DNA of 42,525 nt. Origin: Perkinsus olseni. Lineage: Eukaryota. Location: contig JABANN010000288.1 of NCBI GenBank assembly GCA_013115125.1, positions 1 through 42,525 on the forward strand, read 5' to 3'. The stretch's first letter is position 1. Each line of letters starts with the position of its first letter. Below the pieces are notes generated by a model. It ran no database searches and was not told the origin of the DNA. It worked only from the letters and a program-made list of their open reading frames with translations. Below, piece after piece: positions 1 through 11,599 of the stretch. Made by a program: the position numbers and the translations under genes.

Positions 1-72
<72 letters not shown>
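1..72. repeat. (GTT)n/(ACA)n microsatellite at window start; on the minus strand it reads as poly-Thr after ...PAPLITTDVAEP
   Basis: Perfect tgt repeat. The reverse complement of 73-110 runs in frame into ACA codons. Confidence 0.95.
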
Positions 73-701
73 CGGCTCCGCTACGTCCGTTGTGATTAGC
101 GGAGCAGGCCTTAGCCCCAGCACCGGGTGATGTGCTCATCTCAGCTCTTTGCTCGTTCGGGATTCTATACCGTCTAGTCTTCCTAGTGTAGACAACTTAA
201 TACCGACGACTCTTACTGTGGCGGGCTGCGGACCTTTATTACGATGGCGGTTCTGCTGTTGTATTCCCGTCCCCCTTTCCTGCCCTTTGATGTACGATTG
301 TTGAGATCTTGTTTGTACTCCGATGAATTGTTCATCATTATGATCGCAATGGAGATCCTCATGAAGGACCATTTGCCCGAGCGTGGTCCCTCTCGGCAGC
401 AAACCGCGGAAGAGATGGGAATTCACGCCTCAACTTTCACCAGTGCGATCGCAAAATTGGCGTTTTGTACCGAGTTTTCACTTGTGTTTTTTCCTTCGAA
501 TACACCGTCATCGACCCCGTGCTTGCCTACCTCAGCCGTCCTCTCCTTTATCACTTTAATTGAGTACACCCGATTATGTCGGTGAGCTCTTTGATACAGC
601 GAGCGGCGCTTTGGTGGTTGTTTATCCTTAGCCGGCGTCATCACCACTACCATTACCTGTCCTAAGCATAGCAGCGTTGCCTGCTGTATCATAGATAGCA
701 A
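1..701 (-). CDS. Possible Thr-rich (mucin-like) hypothetical protein running off the window; exon structure unresolved
   Basis: ORF 423-701 has a hydrophobic N-terminus and a GAG|GTAGGC donor near 530. In-frame poly-Thr at the window edge. No family recognised. Confidence 0.3.
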
Positions 702-2163
702 TATAGATTATAGTTGTGGAAAGCTTCGCTCCACGAACCCCCAGGGTGACGCCAGGTTTCCCCTTTTCCACCTCTTGTTTGGTTCCCTAAACTGTAATAT
801 CTGTCTGTCATTTGGTATCGCTAGCCTCATCCGGGAAATGGTGCCAGTTTCCTTTGCATTGTTGATGATACGCTCTCGATGGGCGGCACGGAAGGCGAGT
901 TCAGAGAGCAGCCCTCAGAATCTTCGTGAACGGGCGACCAAACTAGCTCACAACTCGCACATGTATTCTTCGTGCAACCCACGGAGGCTGGTAGTTTTAG
1001 TGGGAATGAGACTCTAGGAGCGGCAGTTATCCTCACGCCTAGCCCGTCCGTCCGTGCTGTCTGCGCCTGCCAGTGCGTTCGTACTCTTCAGATCCTAGAG
1101 CCGAAAGACCCGGCTGCTGAGCTAGCAAGGGACTACCTTCTCTCACATCCGGCAGAACAGCCTGTGTAGTGTGAAGTTGCTGATGAGTGATGCTCTTGTT
1201 CATTCATCTCTGCCTCTGTAGGCATGGCAACACGGAGCTTGTTCGAAAGGAAATCACCCACGTTGGTGAGAGCTCCGCACCACCTAGACTCTTTCTGCCG
1301 ATTATACTCCGATGTGATGAGTCCAAAAGCAGCAGCAGCAGCAAGGGGTCGAGTAGAGCTACAGGCAGTGCCAGGTACGCTCTTCATCAAACAGTGCGTG
1401 TTCTTCGTTTACGTTGTGAATGCATTGTTCTTATGAGGTCGTTTCGTCTCTCTTTTTCAGCGCGCCACCGACTTCGAAGTGCTCGGAGGACGTGAGCCCG
1501 TCGGCCTCAACTGCTGTGGGATCTTCACTCCGCAGTCTCTGATAAGAACATGACAGAGTTTGCTGCTGATTTTGCTATAACATAATAGATCTATTAGAGC
1601 TGTTCAAGCTGGACTCAGCGAACGTTTTTCGTATCGTACTGATCATCCTGGACTTACGTTGTTATCATCATCATTATCATTATCTCCATTTTTTCATCGA
1701 AGAGCTCGTAGCGCTACGTGTTCACTGTCTCCGTGATGAGCACCGTTGCTGCTCATCTCATGACTGCGTTTGTCGTCTCTGGCATTATGTCTACCACGGC
1801 ATCAGTATCGTGAGCTCATTCTTTATTTTCTATAACCACTGAAACTACAGTTTACCCTAGGCGTGTCATTGGCGGTCGGCGCTCGCCTCTTTACCGGGAG
1901 GTCTAGACGCTCTGTTGGTGGGACGAGTACCGAGGACGGGTACATCCCATCTCCTGAGTAAAGTTTGCCACCCCTCTGGTCCTTTGCTATCTGAGCTATC
2001 CCCTCCTTACGCTGACTACTTAGAGCCGGCCTTTGTAGTACTTAGGTGTCTCAGCCTCTTACACAGCATGAGGACCCGAGACCATAATAAGTCCCTTCTC
2101 GCTCTGGGTTGCTCGGTCAGGGAGTACAGATGCTCATGATTACTTTGGATATGTGGTGTTGCC

Positions 2164-2207
2164 GTAGTAGTAGTTGTAGTAGTAGTAGTAGTAGTAGTAG
2201 TTGTCGT
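2164..2207. repeat. (GTA)n microsatellite (poly-Thr in minus-strand ORF 2016-2252)
   Basis: gtagtagtagttgtagtagtag... seen directly. Confidence 0.9.
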
Positions 2208-2836
2208 TGCATTTCTGAACCATACTTGTTGCATGTCCCGTGCTTGCTGCATGGTCTGTATGTAGATGGTTCGCGCGGTATCATTTATCGCGCAGGTTGT
2301 TCAAGGAGTAGTACTATGTAATTTTCTAGATAAAAGATATATTTATAAAGAAAGATGAGTCTTTTACTCCGTTTGTACTCGCCATGTGAAGCACAGGTGT
2401 TGGTGCCCGACGTTGCAGGATTTCACGCATGTCTGTAAAGTCAGGTAGAGCATCTAGGACGAGCTATGGCTATCGTTAGTCCTAGCTTTTGTTTGGAGAA
2501 CTACACTTGTCCACTTTTGGTCTGCTCCTCGTGGGCTGAGGTCATTGCTAGAGTCTTGGTGAGGTAAAGGAATCATACCGGAGTGTCATAACGATGGCTG
2601 TTGCGTTTCTTACAGTCGAGGGATTGACTCACGAGGGGCTCGCCTTTCACCATATCGCTAGCTGCATCTGTCAGCGCTTTCAATGTTATCAACACAAGCT
2701 CTGTCGAGAGGCTTTCCAGATCATCCGAGAGAATCGGGTCGCGCGGGGACAGGTTTTGTGACGAGCTGTTGATTTTGCCAGTTGCCGACTGCACCTTTGC
2801 TGTTATTCAGATTTGTGTATTATAGTGAATTCAAAA

Positions 2837-3880
2837 ATGGTTATGTCGGCATCGTTGTTAGCTGGGAAGACTCTTCTCAAACAGGACGGTACTGCCGTCA
2901 GCGCTGACGAAGTGATGCTCGAGAAGGACATCGTTGCATTGTAAGTGTTCACCTTGGGATTGCTCTAGCCCCTGCGTTTTTATTCAAGTACCAGCTCCCG
3001 CGACTGCGATCTCCGGGGCTGCGATCTTCGGTTCGATACGTCAAGCTACGGTATCTTTGTTCGTGTCATGTTGCTCCCCTCAGGTACTTCGCTGCTCATT
3101 GGTGCCCTGATTGCATAGCTTTCACTCCCACTGTTAAGAAGTTTTACGAGGTAGGAAGCTCTCTGAGTATCTGGTTACCAGTGTCAACATTACCCGTGAG
3201 CTCTCTGTGGTATTAGTCATATTTGCCAACCAGCTAAATACGATGCCTGATGCTGGTACAACTGAAGCACTTGCGATATCTCCGCTGAATCACACTTTGC
3301 TAGGCTGTTATCGGAGTTAGTGTTAGCTCCCGGTTCGTAGCTTGATAACAGCCGAAGTGGATCTGAGTTTCTGTTACGTTTAGGATGTGAAAGCCAAAAA
3401 TCCCGATAAGTTGGAGATCATCTTTGTCTCAAGCGACAAATCGGAGAACGAACAGGTGAGCGAAGACCTCAAGATCTATGATCAGTTGAACTCGAGTCGC
3501 TGCAAATAGGTTGCCTACCATCAAAATGATATGGCTGATTGGCTGAGGGTCCCGTACAGCGATAAGCGAACTCGCGCTATGCTGAAGAAGGAATATGGTG
3601 AGTGAAGGAGAATAACTGTTAACCACCGTATGATGATATGAATTCTAGGAGTCTGCGCCAAGAAGGAGATGGAAGATATCGGCATGAGCGACTCTCAGCG
3701 GAAGTCTGGCATCCCGACACTCGTGGTAAGGGGTTGACCATTGACGGGGGTGGGCTTGGTCTGGGATGACTGTCAATGCGATGTGCTCAGGTGCTCAGCA
3801 AGAATCGCAGAACGGTCAAGGTGTTCGACGCTGGCGCTGATATTGAGAAGTACGGCGCAGCTGCAGTTGATCGGTGGTAA
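2837..3880 (+). CDS. Nucleoredoxin/tryparedoxin-like thioredoxin-fold protein, 6 exons, active site WCPDC
   Basis: Spliced: MVMSASLLAGKTLLKQDG...DIVALYFAAHWCPDCIAFTPTVKKFYEDVKAKNPDKLEIIFVSSD...DWLRVPYSD...GIPTLVVL...AVDRW*. It has the family motifs YFxAxWCPxC, EIIFVSSD, WLxVPY and GIPxLVV. All five introns are GT-AG. Confidence 0.93.
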
Positions 3881-4569
3881 AATGCCACTTCTCAACTCCG
3901 GTGATTTTGGACCTTCGTTCATACCTAAGAGTGTTACTACTCTCGCCTCCATACCTCCGGTGTCGCGTTTGACAGTAGTGAGCGTCAATGACGCTACGTA
4001 ATGCGAACAACTTCTTCAATTCCTATTATAGCAGGCAAATGAACGCACCGCGAAGCAGAACATCACTTGTGTTCAAATACAGTGAAAGCATATTCCGTAA
4101 CGGTTGTTGGATGATGCCCCGCACTGAAATCTCGCTCATGCCGGCCAGGCTTCCTCTCGTAAATGATGTAATCACTGCCCCGATGACTAACTCTCACCCA
4201 AGGATCCTATCGGGTTAGCAGTGGTGGCGAGAGTTGCGCCCAGACAAGTTGAAATCGTCACCGTAGCCATGCGTGGGGGAAAGAGCGCCCGTGCTAGTGC
4301 AGCTGGGAGGACGGTGAATGGAAGAGCCGATGATATCGAACAATTCATCTGTCGCCTTTACGACGGGGTGAAAGGGGTCGATGGGACTGATTCCGCTGGC
4401 GCCCGTCGTGTCACGCACATCGTGGGGTGCGAAACGCTTGAACTAGACGACGAAACGGTTAACGGCCGTGAGAGAGCTGCGTATTTAGGAACAGCCGATC
4501 TTCATTGAACAAATTGTAGTATTAGAATTGACATGTATGCCCATTACCTGCAGTTTACTTTCGAGCGAC

Positions 4570-6783
4570 ATGCTATATACCTCCTGTAGGCTCTTCGCAG
4601 TGGTCAGCACATTGGTGTTCGAAGGTGTGTCAGCTGGTCTTAAGCGCCCTGGCAAGGACAAGAAAGCTTGTAGGCCCATCACAAGATCCTTCCCTATACT
4701 GTCGTGTCGCCATGATAAGCAATATGATTAGAAGCTTGATGCCATTTTGCTGTCAGGGATTCCAAGAGTTGAAGCCGAGTCTGAGAATGTGAACTACAGG
4801 CACTACGCTAACGGTAGGGGTCGAGTGAAGAAGAATGGCAAGCCCGAGTGTGATGGGAAGTGGAAAGATGCTGAGACTTACGGACGCCGCAAGGCTGCGA
4901 TTAAGCAGTAAGTAATTTCGTCCTAACACTCGTGGGTGGCCTCTTGAGAAGTTCTTGTATCGCATTGCGGATTTCAACAATGTATGTTCATCAGGTTCTG
5001 TATTCGGCTCCATGAGAAGCACCAAGACGATGACGGGTATAGGAAGCTCTATAACGAATATGGTGAGCTGTTTTCAGCGACCCTCTTCTCCTGTTATCGC
5101 TCTCGGCAAGTCCACCTGCTGGGGTAGTAAGCTATATCCCGTGAAGGATGCCTCTCAGACTGCGTCCTCGATCCCAATGATGACGGTAATGATCACGGTC
5201 GAAAGAATCGGGATTGGCTGTAAGTGGCATATGGTGCCTCGCTCGGCAACCCTCGTTTAGTATGCGACCCCTTGACTCTATCCCAAGGTGTTCCACCGCC
5301 AACTATATCTGTCTTCAGGTGCTACGAACACGAGCCCACGTTTGTGTTACTACCCCCTCATGGTCCACCTGTCAACCAGAGCTGTGCGAGCAATAACCGC
5401 GCTTGGCGTGCTGCATCCTGTGAGTCGATTTGTAGATTTCGTGAGAGGTTATCGTTGAGAACTGAATTTTACCCAGGGTATCCTGACAATAGCCCACCTG
5501 AGTGGTGTCCCTACAACTGGTATGCGAAGCGGCAGGTTTGCTGGTGCATGCCTGGCTTCTATAGGGAGTCTCCTTACGACGCAAGCCTGAAGAAGAGGTG
5601 AGAAAACCGATGTTGTCTTTGAATGGTTTGACTCCTCGCTTGGCGCGCCTATTTGACTGGTACATTCACTGGCCCATGTCGTGCGAGCGATTTTCATTTC
5701 TTAGGGGTTGTCCTAAGAAGTCAGTCTTCATCGTGCCAAGGTTTATCAAAAGAAGAGAATGGCTCGAGCTCCAGACTACGACTACCACCACGACCACTAC
5801 TACGACCGCGACTACGACGACGACTCCTACGACCACATCCACTACCACTACCAGCCCTAGCACGGCCGCTTCTACTTCAACTATCACTGTCATATCCTCT
5901 CCACGTATTACTACGAATTCAGCTAGGCTCCGTACTACAAGAGCGGTTACGACCTCAACAGTGACTAGTACGACGTCTATGAAGGCTTCGACTACTGCGA
6001 GCACTACCACCACTCGACAGTGCATCTGCCCTCCGAAGAATCCTTTCTTGCCATTTTCGTTTTCGACCGTTGAGCCAACGGCCACGCTCCCTACAGCTGT
6101 GACCACTTCTCCCTTGATTGAGGATGAAACCGTGAGGAATGATGGAGATGGTCGGATTGGTGCTCCGAGGACTTCCCCTGCTTATGTTGTCCCAGGTAAG
6201 CCTCGTTGACTGACTAATCACTCGAGGATCTCTGGTTATTCTGGATTAAGTGTGCTGCATTTCAGATGTTGTGGACTGCGGTGACCACGGCGCTTGGTCT
6301 AGAACCAACGGAAGCTGCGTTTGCAGCGAGGGATGGACGACCGTGAGGTTCGAGTAGGTGAAGTCACGTGGTTTCAGCGGTGATAAGTTGCATGCTTATT
6401 GGAGCCGTCAGAGTCTTGCGACCTTAAGCTGATTTCCTCTTAGACGGCCTTGCAGCACGAGGGCGGGTCAATCGGCACTTTCATCTTCAGCAGATGACTC
6501 TATCGGGAGTAGCGGTGTGGCCCTGGTTGTCATTTTGGTTCTTCTGATCATCGTGACGGCAGCCTACTTCGCGTAAGGAACTTTCGGTGTGGCGAATTCC
6601 AAATGGCTTTCCATAGTGGATTTTTGCTGCATATCTAGGGGTTTATCTTCCCATTGCTGCTTGCCTTTCAGATGGAGGTATTTCCGAATGAGCGGTCCGT
6701 CCATGTCCTGGCATTGTTGTAAATGCCCGGCAAGTCTTTCCTCTCATTCCCGATCTAGAAGCTTCGCGCCCGGACGATTTTAA
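4570..6783 (+). CDS. Type-I membrane surface protein, paralog A: signal peptide, Cys-rich head, Thr-rich mucin stalk, EGF-like module, TM helix, short tail
   Basis: About 10 exons joined manually. Segments: ECDGKWKDAETYG, FCIRLHEKHQDDDGY, DCVLDPNDDGNDHGRK, PPEWCPYNWYAKRQVCWCMPGFYRESPYD, poly-Thr (5773-6015), CGDHGAWSRTNGSCVCSEGW, TM VALVVILVLLIIVTAAYFA, tail ending SRSFAPGRF*. Matches paralog B exon for exon. Confidence 0.85.
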
Positions 6784-7744
6784 GTCAGCGGGCTAGTTAC
6801 ATGCCATAGTTACCAGCTAGTTGAGCCAGTTGGAGCCTAACTATATATAATTGAATACTACCTTTCCTTCTAGCGTCAGTGGTACCCAGTTAGAGCACTG
6901 ATGGCTTAAACTTGAGTTCAACACCGCCGAAGGTGTACTGCATCTTTATTGAAGTATGAAGTAAACTTCATTACTTTAAGTTACTTGCGGAGTGTAGTTG
7001 AGTTGTCTTAGTTGTGGTGGGTAGCATCACGATGTCTCACATTAATTATAGAAGTTTGTTAGAGCGGCTCAATAGTGATGTGAGGACTTAGCCTGGCACT
7101 AAGTTACTGGTGCGCATTGAGCCACTTGAATGATTGTTTCTAGTCCATAACTTCGCACATATCTGCCCTTACGGCTCAGGATATGTGGAGCTTCGACAGT
7201 GGAAGGCTTGAGCGCGCATACCATGCGTTGCGGTACGCGTAGACATCCGGGCAGATCGCATACTGCATTACATTCAGATTGGGCGTTCGCCTCAAAATCT
7301 GTCGAGCTCGAAAGCCCGATGGGCTCTGGGCCTACGCGAAGTTCCTCCCGAACCCGACGAGAGCACTTGTTGCACCGATAGTCGGTTTACTGGTCGGACT
7401 GAGCTGTGTGACACACGCTCGAAGCTCTTCCTATACACATGTGACCTTGTGACAAATGCAGCGTTTATGTGCTTCACCCGGTGTGAGGCAAACCGTAGAC
7501 TGTTCCCAAGCTCGCATGAGGAACCCCCGTCTGTCCCGCGATACTCACAGTGGGGAGTGAGACATCTTACCCCACCGAAATTTACGTGAGATTCATTTCC
7601 GAGATGACGCTCCTCTCAGCCCGCCAGGAGCTGGGGTCGGGTGCGCGCTTATGACGGTGCGTCGTTTCAAGTTACGAGGAAAAACCGTTCGGCCAACGGC
7701 TCAAACACTACACCCTCAAGAGAACCCCTGCCGTAGGTTTTGTC

Positions 7745-9765
7745 ATGAAAGTACTGACCTGTCCCAAGGCTGTATCGATCGTCCTCATCTCACATATCCG
7801 TAACTGTGTTGGGGGATTGAAACGACCGAGTCAGGACAAGAAAGCATGTAATGGCTTCGCTGATGCAGCTCGCTTGATGGCCGAGTTAAATTCACTCTCA
7901 GGGGAACCCAAGATCATAGCCGCTTCGGAGGACATCGACTACGACTGGTTCGCCAACGGCAACGGTGTAATAAGGATGGATGGTCTCTCCGAATGTTATG
8001 GCAAGTGGAAGGATGCAGAAATCTATGGTGCCCGGAAGAAGAAGATAAAACAGTGAGCCACGCATGGGGTCTTATTACGCTTTTCATTGGCAAGAGTGCT
8101 TCTACAAGCTCAGGTACTGTGTGCGGCTTCACGAGAAACATCAAGACGATGAGGGTTACACAACAGTCCCGAGGGAATACAGTAAACCGCTCTCTTGTGA
8201 CCCTTTTCTCCTGAGAACTTCATCGCCGCCTGCTAGCAGTGCGGCTCTGGCCTACCACATTTCCTGCAGATTGCGTATTGGACCCGAACGATGACGGCAA
8301 CGATCATGGACGGAAAGATCGTGATTGGCTGTGAGTTCGAAGACTGGGCGATACGCGGTCTACTTGCTCGACGCCTTGCTTTTTGTGACCTCCCAAAACC
8401 CGCCTCTGTGCCACATTCCTTCAACAGGTGCTATAAGCGGAAGCCTGCGTTCATTGCACTGCCCCCATATGGACCGCCTATCAATGCGAGCTGCCTATCA
8501 AGTCATCCCCAGTTCAACGCCCTCTTTTGTATTATTCTCCTTTTAAGCTGCTAACGGCAGCAGAATCCGTTCAGGGTATCCTGATGACAGTCCACCGGAG
8601 TGGTGTCCGTACAATTGGTACGCTAAGCGCCAAGCCTGCTGGTGTATGCCCGGCTTCTACCGAGAATCGCCCTACGACACAAGCTTAAAGAAAAGGTAGG
8701 TCAAGGTTCATCATGAACGACTTCCATTCCTAGTTCGATGTCCTTACAACTTAGATGCGCTCGATCTCTCAGGGGTTGTCCGAAGCAATCTTTAGTCATC
8801 TTGCCGAAATTCATCAGTATGAGCGAGTGGCTCAATCTCCAGACAACCACTACCACGACTACAACGACAACTACCACGACAACGTCCTCAACAACTACGA
8901 GTACGCCCACTACGGGCGCCACTACGAGCACCACACTCACGGACCTCCAAACAGCCCGGTATACAACTCTGATAGCTGATGGACAGAAGCGGTCACCGAC
9001 CACCCCGACTCGGTGTATTTGCTCTCGGCAGCCGCCCACAACGGCCTTCACCCCTCAAAATCCAGGGTTTTCAACCTCTCGGCCAGAAACTTTGACTCCA
9101 GTGGGGGACGGTACAGATGGCGAAGCTGTGGATGCTAGAATTGGTGTGCCTGCCACGCCTGCAGATCCATCAGCATCAGGTCGGATTTAAATGAATGCTC
9201 AGGAAGCATGTACATCTATCCATATGCAGTAGCTACTCTCAGGGTATACTGATTGCGGGAGCCACGGCATCTGGTCATCGGCCAAGAAATCATGCATATG
9301 CAGTGATGGTTGGGAAACCTTAGGTTCCGAGTGAGTGGAAGTGCCTATTGGATCTTCATAACTTATGAATCATAAGTACGAGCGTCTTTCGTTCTGCCAG
9401 GCCTTGCAGCCATCGGGGATTTGAGCTGCGAGATCGGGTGGGCTAGTGGAAATGATATCAATAAGGATACTCATCACCACCCATTTGCTGCAGGCCTTTA
9501 CAATCTCAGCTTCGAAGAAGTCCTCAGGAAGCGGGGAGAGGAGCTTGCTTATAATTGTGGCCGCTTTAGCTCTCTTAGGAGTATGTTACTTCGCGTAAGT
9601 AACATCAACACCGATTACTATGGCCGACGTGCGAGTCTTCATTCTGTCTTTTTTCTTAGTTGGAAGCGTTTCGCTTCCCATAGCCTATCATGCTACTGGC
9701 TGCGACCTAATTTCTCGAAGTTATCGCATGGCCGTTCTACCAGCTTCATGCCTCAGCGTTTTTGA
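7745..9765 (+). CDS. Type-I membrane surface protein, paralog B (tandem duplicate of 4570-6783)
   Basis: Same architecture: GLKRPSQDKKA, ECYGKWKDAEIYG, YCVRLHEKHQDDEGY, CVLDPNDDGNDHGRK, PPEWCPYNWYAKRQACWCMPGFYRESPYD, poly-Thr, CGSHGIWSSAKKSCICSDGW, TM LLIIVAALALLGVCYFA, tail ending STSFMPQRF*. Confidence 0.85.
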
Positions 9766-10161
9766 ACAGTCCAGCCAGTGCCCATATAATTCATTTATGC
9801 CTTTTCATGAGAGATCTCGAAGTTCAGAACATGCAGTCGATAAGTGTGTAACCATGGAGTATGAAGTAAAGTTCATCACTTCTTTTTCATGCAAACGGAA
9901 ATTGTTGAGTTGATGAGAAGAAAGCTGAGTATACTTTTTGTTGCGAACTCTCTTACAATCGCTTTGCGTAATTCGAGTCGTATGTAGAAATGAAGATTCC
10001 AACTGTCGCGTTTGACCGATCATCCCCCCGCTGGGTAACGCAAAGCTCCTCGCATGAGAAACACTACCTATGAAACGGCGCTCCTCGCCACCTGGTCGTA
10101 TCTGCCGGGAAACATACATCCGTCGCTGAGGCAAGTGTTTGCAGCACGCTGCAAGCTAGGC

Positions 10162-11536
10162 TTACGCAACTTCAGTGAACTCAAGACCAGCTAGTGTCAT
10201 GAAGTCTTCAGCCGCTAGCACAACAGTTGTAGGCCCTGCATTGGCAAGCGCTTCCTCACGTAGATTCTGCACACTTGGACTCTCTTCATCGTTCGGGTCC
10301 GGGTCGTTGTACCTACATGTTGCGGTATCAGCTTGTGTTCCTTCTGCGTATCGAACTGAGAACACTCAGCTCCCTCTCTAGCTAGTTTCTGACTCACCGA
10401 GGGCTGAAGTGGGTGAGCGCTAGGACTTTAGCGTCGCAGGATCGAGCGAACTCGCCAGCCATTGCGGCCGTGGAATGCCCGAACTCAATCGCCTTCTCTC
10501 TTATGCCGTCATGATAAGTGCACTCGTGTATGAGTAGATCAGGTCGGTTGAGGTACGGTAGCGCTTCTGAGCCTGCGGATATTACATCAAAGAACGTCGA
10601 GCATCGGAGTTCTTCCGAAGCGCGTAAACTTCTAAGCTCATAACATACCCCTTACCTACTGTCACAGGTGTCTTGTAAGACAGCTACGGTTCGACCCTTT
10701 GTCTTCTCTCCAATCACGTCCACTGCTCGTATGAGGGTCCCTGAACCGATGTGTAAGACGAGCATCTGGGTTACCCAGACTGAGCTTCTCACCATCATTA
10801 AGAGTAACGTCTCGGCCCTCTTTAAGCTCTCTGAACTGCGGCCCGCGTGCTCCCATGCGCGTTGCCAGAGCGGCATTCAGCGGCCCAGGCTTATCTGGTT
10901 CCGCAAATATCTGCTCGTGAGGACGTAGCTGATCGCTCGATTGGACCGTAGGAGACACCCCCCGAGAACTCACGTATCCGAGAGTGGGCAATCTATGCTT
11001 CAATGGGCAAGCATGAACTCTCACATCACCGCTGCTCGTGGTGAACTCGGAATGCTGAGTAGGGTCTAATTCGACAATACGAAGGTCGTATCTGTTGCAG
11101 CATGACAATACCCGTCGGTGAGCTCGTAGACACCTACCCGTTCCAGCCACCCGAGAGCGCGAAAACAGTTTCAATCATCGTCTTGATGCCTTTAGGACCA
11201 TACACTGTAATTGGCTCGGTACGCTCGCCCATGCAACAGGAGTGCAACAGACCGAAGATGCCGTAGCAGTGGTCTCCGTGCAAGTGCGTTACGAAGATAT
11301 CATCTATCTTGGTCAGTTTTATCTTTGATAACATCAATTGGTGCTGCGTGCCTTCACCACAGTCCACTAGTATCTACAATCCAACACTATAGAGATGCTC
11401 TTCAGAATTGCATGAAGGTGAAGCTCACTGATCGTCCAGTCCTCATCGTTATGGCCAATGAGCTGACGTTCCGCTTGCCTGGCTGTGGTACTCCACTACT
11501 CGTGCCGAGGAATACCACTTGGTCGAAGAGCGACAT
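10162..11536 (-). CDS. rnz: Ribonuclease Z, short form (tRNase ZS / ELAC1-like metallo-beta-lactamase), multi-exon
   Basis: Motifs in canonical order: VVFLGTSSGVPQPGKRNVSS, ILVDCGEGTQHQL, IFVTHLHGDHCYG (HxHxDH), LKHRLPTLGY, exosite GPQFRELKEGRDVTL, QDTCDS, IHECTY, GHSTA, LTHFSPRY, LAAEDFM. Confidence 0.95.
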
Positions 11537-11599
11537 TATCAGTGGAGCAGAAACGTTTTCTCACAAAAGGCATATGAGACCAACTCAAACGCTCTCGGT

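Noticed and set aside
5666-6106. Val-rich 'membrane' ORFs (also 8701-9051)
   Set aside because: Antisense shadows of the poly-Thr stalks.
6951-6977. 3' hairpin as SECIS or IRE
   Set aside because: The stem is too short and lacks the GA quartet of a SECIS, and there is no in-frame TGA in the genes. The loop is not CAGUGN and the bulge is on the wrong side for an IRE.
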